From Octopus sinensis (lineage: Eukaryota), in the NCBI RefSeq assembly GCF_006345805.1, contig NC_042999.1, positions 90,086,001 to 90,150,000 on the forward strand: a DNA stretch of 64,000 bases, given 5' to 3'. The position numbers and the translations under genes were made by a program. Positions 13,672 through 22,944 of this stretch are shown in pieces (the first letter of the stretch is position 1; each line of letters begins with the position of its first letter). Under the pieces are notes generated by a model, which saw nothing but the letters and a program-made list of their open reading frames with translations, searched no databases and had not been told where the DNA came from.

Positions 13672-14225
13672 ATCATCATCATCATTTAATGTCCGTTGTC
13701 CATGCTGACACGGGTTGGATGATTTGACCAGGGCTAGTAAGCTGAGGGGCTGCACCAGATTCCAGTCTGATTTGGCTGGATGTCCCTCCTAACACCAACC
13801 ACTTTCCAAGTGTAATGGGTGCTTTTATGTGCCACCGGCATGGGTGCCAGTTGCATCACACCAGTATCTATCACAACAACAATTTCACTCAGCTCAATGG
13901 ATTTTCCTTCTCAAGCACAGCATACTGTCAAAGGTCTTGGTGATTTGTCATTGTCTCTGTGAGGCCCAGTGCTTGAAAGGTGCTTTTCATGTGCCACCTG
14001 CACAGTTGCCAGTTCTGTGACACCAGCATCAGCCACATTGCTTCCATGAGACCCAATACCCAAAAGGTGCTTTTTATGTGCCACTGGCATGGATGTCTGT
14101 TACAGGACACCAACAATGGTCACAACTATGATTTCACTTGGGTTGATGGTTCTTCACAAGCATAGCATATCGCCAAATGTCTCTTCCACTAGTCATTGCT
14201 TCCGTGAAGGTTTTCTTAGGCTCAA
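13672..14225 (-). mobile_element. RTE 3'UTR/tail element with tandem ~60-130-bp modules
   Basis: (CAT)n at 13672, conserved tail, and repeated ggtgctttt(t)atgtgccac motifs. Confidence 0.8.
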
Positions 14226-14389
14226 CAGTGAATTAGTTAAAGTACCAGACTCTTACATCATGCTGTATTTTCACCCAGAGAATACTCATCTCTGTATGTC
14301 TAATGAAAAAATCATAATTTGAAACTTCAATGTATTCATGAACTTCTCTTTTCTTGTTAAAATTAATTTTAAATCTGTTTCAAACCTAG

Positions 14390-14559
14390 GTCTGCGACCC
14401 CACAGCTGCATCAAGTGTAACTACAAAGCAACAACTAGCAGTAACTTAAAACGCCACATGGCAATACATGCAGACCTTCGAGAATATAAGTGCAACCAGT
14501 GTTCTCATTACTTCAGACAGAAAATCCACTTAGAGAGACATATGAAGTACAAACATGAA
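14390..14559 (+). CDS. C2H2 zinc-finger gene exon (fingers 2-3)
   Basis: cctag|GT CTG CGA CCC; CIKCNYKATTSSNLKRHMAIH and CNQCSHYFRQKIHLERHMKYKH; donor GAA|GTTAGT; phase 1 to 0. Confidence 0.92.
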
Positions 14560-15235
14560 GTTAGTAAATAGAAATTTTCTTTTCCTTACATTCTGTTCCA
14601 CAAGACATTAATGCTACCTTCATAAGAGGTTTTGTTACACATACAAAAGTGTATCCTCTTAAATTTCCACTTTCTTCTTTTCACTATTCAGCATTGCTTC
14701 CTACAATACTATACCATGTAACTTATCATTACAATTCATTGTTTCATTAGACAGATTAATGTGTAAGAGCAATTGTAATGCATCATTCTAGCCAATATAG
14801 ACTTTAACAAGATGTTATGCAACACTTGAGGCAAGTGCCTTCTTTGCCAAAGCTCTGGTTGAGTAATATCTCATATCTTTTTCCAGTGTATATCAGTAAA
14901 GTATAAAACCATCCTGATAAGCTGGTAATACTCCCCTCTCACACTTGCTGACTAAAATGTAATAAGCCAGTGATGGACCCATTGAAAACCTGTAACCAGT
15001 GAAATATAAAATAAAATATACTTAATAAAAGGGACATATCTTGAAATACAGGAAAAAAGTATCAAAATATCAATCTGCATTGATCTACATAGTCTTATCT
15101 CAGTCTGTCACTCATTCTCTGTCTATCAATCAGCATCATAGATGTAATATTAGTTATATGGTAGGAAATTGTTTCTTTAAAAAAGCTGAAAATTTTAAAA
15201 TAATGATAATCGTTATCTATCTTGCTTTCTTTCAG

Positions 15236-16792
15236 GAGAAAAAAATCCGCTGTCCTCTCTGCACCTATGTATGTGCAAATGAAAACCCAGACCTGAAAAT
15301 TCATATTAAACGACGCCATGTGACATCTGAGTCTACTGATGGTGCAATGCAAGCTTTTACTTGTGGTGAGTGTGGCCTAGTTACGATGAGCAAGAAAGAT
15401 TTGAAGCAACATGCCAAATTCCATCGCAAGGGACCTGAACTAAAATTATTCTGTGAGCAGTGTAGTTTTGTGACTGACTGTGAAAGTCGTTTAAGGCGAC
15501 ACGTCCTGACTCATACAAAAGTGAAGCCATTCAAATGTGGTTTGTGTGAATATCGTGGATCTCAGAAAGAACATGTATTAAGACATATGAAATCACGGCA
15601 TAGTATAGATATCCAGCGTAACCCCCGGCGACAGCGAGAAGATGAAAACGGCATGGAAAATCTGGAACGAGACAAAGGTGATTTTACAAGTCGTGATAAA
15701 ATCTTTGCTTGCAATCATTGCACAATGAAATTTTCCAAGTTGATCAATCTCTACAAACATTTGCATACGCAACATAAAACTATCATGCCATCAGGTGGAC
15801 AGAATGAATTCTATTGTGTAGTTTGTGACTTCAAAACCATCAACAAGAAGAATTTACTGGTGCATATGCGTAAACACAACATGCAAGAGCAAAATCCACC
15901 TTCTCATGTATATTCATGTGTTCTCTGTCGCTATGTTAACCCAAAGCGACGGAACTTATTCCAGCACATGATGAAAAAGCATGGTATTGAGATTGTGATG
16001 AATATGAAAGATGACTGGTCATCTAGTTGTTTTATTGACAATAATGTTCCCACAGTGCATGATAAGGGAGAGACTAATGAACCACAAGTAATGACTGTAA
16101 ATAATAACGTTGTGACAACTAGTAGTGATGACTGCAACCAATTGATGGTTGTTACTGATGATGGTGGAAGTAATCCTGTACAGACTGTCATTACAATTGA
16201 GGATTTAGCTTCTTCAATGACCAAACCAGTGAAAATGACACAGGTCACCTTACCACCTGAAACTGAAGAACTTTCCCACAAACAGCTCACTGATGATTTG
16301 ACACAGCAACAACATGCAGCTGATGCTGTGGAAGGTTTACAAGCTTTGGCAGAACAACCAGGGATTGTTGAACCTGAATCTCACTCTCAGTCTGATGATA
16401 ATGAAGATGACATTATCCTTGATGATGAGGATATCAAAACAGAGTCAGTTGAGACTGAAGATATGTGTAACCCATCTCCAATTGCAGCTGATGCACCAGC
16501 ATTAGTTCTTAACCAGTTGCCAGATGATGGTGAGGTGAAAGATAGTGTTGAGCTCACTTCTGACCAGATCGTGCACTTGTCACCTGGTGACTATGTTGAA
16601 ATTAATGGAGAACTTTATAAAGTGGAAATTTCTACAGAGCCTGCTGAAGAAACAGTAACAACAACCGGTGATAATGGACTAGAAGCTGTTCCTGTAACAG
16701 CAGCTGTATCTGAACTGTTTGGAGCACTTCCTAATTATGATACAACTGTAACTGTTCCTCCTGCATCCTCTACCTCTACTTTTGTAGCGTGA
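15236..16792 (+). CDS. C2H2 zinc-finger gene, terminal exon (fingers 4-10 plus acidic C-terminus)
   Basis: ttctttcag|GAG AAA; seven C-x2-C...H-x3/4-H motifs; TGA at 16790-16792. Joined CDS is 4650 nt, 1549 aa. Confidence 0.93.
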   Translation, partial: EKKIRCPLCTYVCANENPDLKIHIKRRHVTSESTDGAMQAFTCGECGLVTMSKKDLKQHAKFHRKGPELKLFCEQCSFVTDCESRLRRHVLTHTKVKPFKCGLCEYRGSQKEHVLRHMKSRHSIDIQRNPRRQREDENGMENLERDKGDFTSRDKIFACNHCTMKFSKLINLYKHLHTQHKTIMPSGGQNEFYCVVCDFKTINKKNLLVHMRKHNMQEQNPPSHVYSCVLCRYVNPKRRNLFQHMMKKHGIEIVMNMKDDWSSSCFIDNNVPTVHDKGETNEPQVMTVNNNVVTTSSDDCNQLMVVTDDGGSNPVQTVITIEDLASSMTKPVKMTQVTLPPETEELSHKQLTDDLTQQQHAADAVEGLQALAEQPGIVEPESHSQSDDNEDDIILDDEDIKTESVETEDMCNPSPIAADAPALVLNQLPDDGEVKDSVELTSDQIVHLSPGDYVEINGELYKVEISTEPAEETVTTTGDNGLEAVPVTAAVSELFGALPNYDTTVTVPPASSTSTFVA

Positions 16793-17685
16793 GTGCAACT
16801 TTGCTGTAAACTATTGTTAATGCTGTACAGCTGTAAGGGCTCAGTGCTGCAGGGACATCGAACACGGTTTAGAGTGTAATGTTGCCAGAAAGAGGTGAAG
16901 AACTGCAGAATCTATAATGTAGAGTTGCAGAAGTCGATGTGTGCACGCGTGTGTGTGTGTATGGATCTGCAGGACTAGCTTTTGAGTGCAAATGTGGAAG
17001 AGTGTATACCACAGAGGTCACTCTAGTACTTGTGCAGTTGTAAAAACTTTGAAGTAAAGACTTCTTTAAAGTTATATTTGAGCTGTTTGTTGTAGGTCAA
17101 CCATTAAAGTTTTAACTCAATTATTGATCTTATTGTCCAGGATAGCTACTGCTGCTGCTACTTCTACAACTACTACATCTACTACTAATCTTTTTGGTCA
17201 TCAGCAGCTTTTGATTATGTCTTGTAATTGGTTTCAAATCATTTGAAGTTAAGGATTTGTAATTACATTTTAATTTTGTTTCTTCTCTGTTCTGTAATTA
17301 ATTTCAACATTTTTCCGATAAAACAACAAACAAATAAAGAAACACCAACAGCAACAAGCTCAAAAACAACCAAGAAAGCAGTTCCCCTGCAGCATTCCTA
17401 AATTTAAATAAAATGTCCTGCCCTAAAGCCTTTTGATTCATGCAAAAGAGAAATGGTTTTTCTATCTTCTTTCCCCAAGATAAACTGTTCCTGTTTAAGG
17501 ATATCCTTTCAAGGGATGAGTTTGAACTAAAGAATTGTTGAAGAATATTTGTTGATGTTTAGTTTTTCCTTTAACATTCTTGATATTTCTTCTGCAGTCC
17601 CTAGTTCACACATTTTCTCTTTCTTCTTGTGTGTGTGTGTTAAATAGTAGAGAAACGGATAATATACTAAAGTTATAATGTTAAT

Positions 17686-19247
17686 AAAATCAAATCAAAA
17701 CAAATCAAAATAGATGAACATCAATGGAATTTGTATCTTTGTGGTACCAGTGCCGGTGGCACACAAGAGAAAACCATCCGAAAGTGGCCGTAGCCAGTAC
17801 CGCATCGACTGGCCTCCGTGCTGTGGGCACATCCGAAAGTGGCCGTAGCCAGTACCGCATCGACTGGCCTCCGTGCTGTGGGCACATGACAAACACCATC
17901 CGATCATGGCCGTTCGCCAGCCTCATCTAGCACCTGTGTCGGTGGCACATAAAAACCCCATCCGAAGACCTGGCAAGACTAGTCAGGCCATAACCCATGG
18001 CCCCTACCTGGGACGTAGTCAGTCCACCTGTGCATACCTTCCTTCTTGTGACACTTGTGAAGACCTGTTGAGGCAAGTGAAAATCAAAATCAAAATCAAA
18101 ACAAATCAAAATAGATGAACATCAATGGAATCTGTATCTTTGTGGTACCAGTGCCGGTGGCACACACTTTGTGGTACCAGTGCCGGTGGCACACATGAGA
18201 ACCATCCGAACGTGGCCGTAGCCAGTTCCGCATCGACCGGCCTCCGTGCTGTGGGCACGTAACAAACACCATCCGATCATGGCCGTTCGCCAGCCTCATC
18301 TGGCACCTGTGTCGGTGGCACATAAAAACACCTTCCGAAGACCCGGCAAGACTAGTCAGTCCACCTGTGCATACCTTCCTTCTTGTGACACTTGTGAAGA
18401 CCGGTTGAGGCAAGTGAAAATCAAATCAAATCAAAATCAAAATAGACAAAATAGATGAACATCAATGGAATTTGTATCTTGTGGTACCAGTGCCTGTGGC
18501 ACACAAGAAATCCATCAGTGCTGTAGTCAGTGCGGTGGGCACATGACAAACACCATCCGATCGTGGCCGTTCGCCAGCCTCATCTAGCACCTGTGTCGGT
18601 GGCACATAAAAACACCATCCGAAGACCCGGCAAGACTAGTCAGGCCATAACCCATGGCCCCTACCTGGGACGTAGTCAATCCACCTGTGCATACCTTCCT
18701 TCTTGTGAAGACCTGTTGAGGCAAGTGAAAATCAAATCAAAACAAATCAAAATAGATGAACATCAATGGAATTTGTATCTTTGTGGTACCAGTGCCGGTG
18801 GCACGTGGCACACAATAAAACCATCCGAACGTGGCCGTAGCCAGTACCGCATCGACTGGCCTCCGTGCTGTGGGCACGTAACAAGCACCATCCGATCGTG
18901 GCCGTTTGCCAGCCTCATCTGGCACCTGTGTCGGTGGCACATAAAAACACCATCCGAGCGTGGCCGTCTGCCAGCCTCGTCTGGCACCTGTGTCGGTGGC
19001 ACATAAAAAACACCATCCGAGCGTGGCCGTTTGCCAGCCTCGTCTGGCACCTGTGTCGGTGGCACATAAAATCACCCACTACACTCTCGGAGTGGTTGGC
19101 GTTAGGAAGGGCATCCAGCTGTAGAAACACTGCCAGATCTGACTGGACTGGTGCAGCTTTCGGGCTCCCCAGACCCCAGTTGAACCGTCCAACCCATGCT
19201 AGCATGGAAAGCGGACGTTAAATGATGATGATGATGATGATGATGAT
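17686..19247 (+). mobile_element. Young non-autonomous composite retro-element: four head-to-tail modular units ending in the RTE-type tail and (GAT)n
   Basis: Units at 17686-18079, 18080-18416, 18417-18727 and 18728-19247, each starting (AAAATC)n-aatagatgaacatcaatgg. CpGs are intact. The tail is shared with RTE 3' ends elsewhere in the window. Confidence 0.85.
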
Positions 19248-19472
19248 CTTAACCTCAGTGACTCATAACATCAAAATTAAGCTGTCATTGGAAAAAAGGA
19301 AATATTACAGGTTGTGTTACACAACAAAAACGTGGAAAAAAATCTATTTTTATTGTTATACTAATAATCTTGAGAATTATTGTTTTCTCTAATCTCAGGT
19401 TGATAAATGACTTATGAATGAATTTTGGTAAATGGAAACTAAATGGAATCCTCTTGTGTGTGTATTTATATA

Positions 19473-20265
19473 TTGTATTGTCAGATAAATTCATTTGTTT
19501 TGTTTTTTCCATTTATTTTAATTCTTATTTTTCACCAGCAATTTTAACAAATAGATCAATAATGTAATCTCTTTTCTTGTTTATGACTTCTTACCAATGT
19601 TCCATTAACTTGTCAGTACTTTGACAGTAGAAACCACTGAGTCTTCACTCAAAGAATTCATTGAGCCACTTTTTCAACTCCATGTTGTTGAACTAAATAC
19701 CTTACAGACTGCTGGAGGACAGCTTGAAAAGGCGATAATCTGAAGGTGTTATATCAGGAGAATACAGTGGGTGCAATAGACCTTACCAATCAAGTGAAGA
19801 TGATGGGTAACAGTATCATGGGAGCTTCACTTTTGTGGATTGATATGGATCCTCATGGATGAGTTTGTACAATTCATCTTCAATGAACTAAACAGGTCGG
19901 CTGAAATGCAGAGCATCTGTGAGGTCAAATTTCTCTTCCTTGTCATGTGAAAACATTTCCTATGCAGTTCTTTCAGTAATAGTGCCTTCTCCACACAGAA
20001 CACAAATTTCTCAAGCTGTTTTTGGCAGCTTTGGAACCTTGATTGAGAGCAAAGAGAAGCAGGTGTCAAAAATGCTCGTTTTTTTACCTTCTTGGCAATC
20101 TGTCATCATATCTCTGTAAAGAAGTAAAATTTATTCAGATTTCAAAAGCAATAAACAAATTGTAGAGAAAGAATAGAGCTATGAAAAACCATAAAACATT
20201 GTGATGGAAATATAAAAATATTTTTTGTATTGGAAAGAAACAAATGAATTTATCTAACAATCCAT
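19473..20265 (-). mobile_element. Internally deleted mariner (DD34D-type) transposon
   Basis: Imperfect TIRs ttgtattgtcagataaattcatttgttt / aaacaaatgaatttatctaacaatccat, flanked by TA. Minus strand gives KKNEHF-HLLLFA-NQGSKAAK and YSPDITPSDYRLF. Confidence 0.8.
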
Positions 20266-20283
20266 TATATATATATATATATA

Positions 20284-21577
20284 CGAGGGACGTTCAATAA
20301 GTAATGCCCCTGGCCCACTTGCAGTTATGTGATCTAGCTGAAATTTTGCATGTGCAATTATTCATATCTCTATAGATTAAGTGGCAAATTACAGCTCTGA
20401 ATGAATTGTGGTTTCGGATTTACAGGTGTTTTAACTGAGTCAAGTGTGAAATGGAGCCTGTTGAGTGTCGAGCAGTGATCCGGTTTTTGTATTTGAAAGG
20501 ACGCACACCACGGGAGACTTTTGATGAAATGACAGTAACTTATGGTGATGATGTCCCATTATATGACCTTGTAAAACACTGGCATCGTGAATTCAAACAT
20601 GGTCGGAACTCTGTGGAAACAGCTCCCAGGTCTGGTCGCCCCCCCTTCTGCCATTGATGAGGCATCTGTCCGTCAAGTTGAGGCTGCCATTTTGGAAGAT
20701 CGACACATAACAATTCGCCAAATAGCCCATCAGGCCAGAATTAGTACCGGATCTGTGGAAACTATCATTCATGACCATTTGCATATGCAAAAGGTGTCTG
20801 CCAGATGGATTCCCAGGTTGCTCACACCTTTCCAGAAGCAAGAACGCGTCGAGTGCTCAAGGATGAATTTGGAGATGCGCCATGAAGATCAGTCAAAATT
20901 TTTCAAAAGACTGATTACACAGGATGAAACCTGGGTCCATCACTATGATCCAGAGACCAAAGCCCAGTCAATGCAGTGGAAGCACCGTGACTCACCTCCT
21001 CCAAAGAACGCAAGGGTGCAGTCCTCCGCTGGCAAGGTCATGCTCACAGTCTTCTGGGACCAGGACAGAGTAGTGATGACAGATTTCCTGGCAAAGGGTA
21101 CCACAATTACAGCAGCCTATTATGCTTCACTTTTGAGGAAATTAAGAGAAGCTATCAAAATCAAGAGGCGGGGCAAGATCAGCAAAGGCATCCTCCTCCT
21201 GCAGAACAACGCTCCGGTCCACTACTCGCGTGTCGCCAGATCAGAAGCACAGGCGTGCGGCTATGAACTCCTCCCCCATCCCCCCTACTCTCCTGACCTT
21301 GCACCCTCTGATTTTCACCTCTTCCCAGCCATGAAGTTGTTTTTGAAAGGAAAGCGTTCCCCAGATGATGCAGCCTTGATTTCTGAAGTCACGTCGTGGT
21401 TGGAGGACCAAGCTGGGGTCTTCTACAAAAACGGTCTCCAGAGCTGCATCAAAGGATGGGAGAAATGTGTAACTCTGGGTGCTTTCTATGTAGAAAACGA
21501 CTAATAGCTGTGCCAAGATTCGTTGCTCTACTGCTATGGGAAGTGGGTCAGGGGCATTACTTATTGAACACCCCTCG
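20284..21577 (+). mobile_element. Full-length mariner transposon (irritans-like), 1294 bp
   Basis: 37-bp TIRs at 20284-20320 and 21541-21577 with 3 mismatches; TA on both sides; internal transposase. Confidence 0.97.
20451..21504 (+). pseudogene. Mariner transposase, one +1 frameshift and a D>N change in the catalytic triad
   Basis: WIPRLL, ITQDETW, LLQ[N]NAP and YSPDLAPSD with 34-residue spacing. A C7 run at 20639-20645 breaks the frame; removing one C gives 350 aa. Confidence 0.9.
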
Positions 21578-21938
21578 TATATCTATACATATATATGTAA
21601 ATGTAGAATGCTGGAATGAGCACTCATCACTGCATTGGTGGATAAATAGATTGTTTTCCAAAATGGAAGTGAACACCTTTCTCCATGCAATCAAAAAATT
21701 AAGATACTTGGATATTCTTCTACTCTTCTTAACATGAAACCAATAGTAGCCTTTATTCACAAATAAAGAATATATATATAGAGAGAGAGAGAGGGGTAAT
21801 GGTGTCAATAAGACCCAAAAGTGTCAGGTAATGCTGAATAGGTGCTATGGACAGACTATAGTTAAGCTCTAGGTTTGGTGATAATGCGAATGAGGAGCCC
21901 AACGTAGGTCATATATCAGCATGTGTATATATTAAAAA

Positions 21939-22448
21939 AATTAACAGAATGAGATAAAAAATCCAAGGCTGTGAAAGATTTCAGAACATTTATAAATAAG
22001 TCTTACAGCTGTTTCCGGGATATTTTATATATCCCTTCATTGGAGGCAGTGTGAGAAAATGGTTAAGCAATAGTTATTCTAGATAAGATATTTGTTATTG
22101 AATCAATTCAATAACACCATTTACAAACTCTTTGCTTGGAATGACCAATTTTAAATACTATTGGAACTTACAAGTACAGGAATCTTATATATATATATAT
22201 ATACCATTCTGCCTAAATAATGGAACTACAGATACAATATCCCTGCATATTTCATGTCTATTTTCATTCCTCCACTTCTCTCTCTATTTCATATCTTATT
22301 TAGAATAACTATTGCTTAACCATTCTCTCACACCCTCTCCGATGAAGGGATATATAAAATATCCTGGAAACAGCTGTAAGACCATCTCTTTATAAATGTT
22401 CTGAAATCTTTCACAGGCCTTGAATTTTTTTATCTCATTCTGTTAATT
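21939..22448. mobile_element. Inverted pair (21939-22091 minus; 22291-22448 plus) of a Penelope-like pLTR sequence carrying hammerhead motifs
   Basis: ~155-bp arms in inverted orientation. Each contains CC(G/A)ATGA-A-GGGATAT/ATATCC(C/T)-G-GAAAC-AGCT-GTA-AGA and ends at TA-rich sequence. Confidence 0.75.
22336..22381 (+). ncRNA. Minimal type I hammerhead motif, family 1 (core variant CCGAUGA)
   Basis: Stem I TCT/AGA, 7-bp stem II, GAAA, stem III AC/GT with palindromic AGCT loop, predicted cleavage after GUA (22378). A more decayed copy lies at 22001-22046 (-). Confidence 0.6.
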
Positions 22449-22469
22449 TTATATATATATATATATATG

Positions 22470-22703
22470 TTCATTATTTACAATTAATGGATATTTGTTC
22501 TCATCTTGTTAACACAATGTTTTGGCTGATATACCCTCCAGCCTCCATCAGGTGTCTTGGGGAAATTTCAAACCTGGGTTCTCATTCTTAAGGTATTTTT
22601 TGATGTTGCTATTATTATTATTATTATTCAGGTCACTGCCTGGAATCGAACTCGGAATCTTGGGATTAGTAGCCCACACTCTTAACTACTACACCATATG
22701 CCC
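22470..22703 (-). mobile_element. tRNA-headed element with hammerhead motif (left, head-complete copy)
   Basis: 73-nt tRNA-like head at 22703-22631 (A box TGGTGTAGTAG, B box GAGTTCGATTCC), (AAT)n linker, hammerhead at 22555-22512, tail. Confidence 0.8.
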
Positions 22704-22925
22704 AAGATTCCGAGTTTAATTCCAGGCAGTGACCTGAATAAAAATAAATAATAACATCGAAAAATACCTTAAGAATGAGAACCTAGGTTAAAAATTTCCC
22801 CAAGACACCTGATGAAGGCTGGAGAGTATATCAGCCAAAATGTTGTGTTAACCTACAAGATGAGGACAAATATCTGTCAATTGTAAATAATGTAAATAAT
22901 TCCTCATCTCTTAAATATAGAACTA
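22701..22925 (+). mobile_element. tRNA-headed hammerhead element (right, 5'-truncated inverted copy)
   Basis: Starts mid-head (cccaagattccgag), sharing CCC (22701-22703) with the left copy. Contains ACAC-CTGATGA-A-GGCTG..CAGCC-[A]AAA[T]GTT-GTGT at 22805-22848. Confidence 0.8.
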
Positions 22926-22944
22926 TATATATGTTATTTGGGAA

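Noticed and set aside
17686-19070. CRISPR-like appearance (constant ggcacataaaaaacaccatccga alternating with variable blocks)
   Set aside because: The 'spacers' are themselves repeated and related, the context is eukaryotic, there are no cas genes, and the array ends in a retrotransposon tail.
17695-19221. Many overlapping ORFs on both strands (also 34655-35171)
   Set aside because: They arise from tandem GC-rich modules and microsatellites; no protein motif or splice context.
22631-22703. Functional tRNA gene
   Set aside because: Acceptor, anticodon and T stems have several mismatches and the sequence runs directly into repeat sequence; treated as a SINE-like head.
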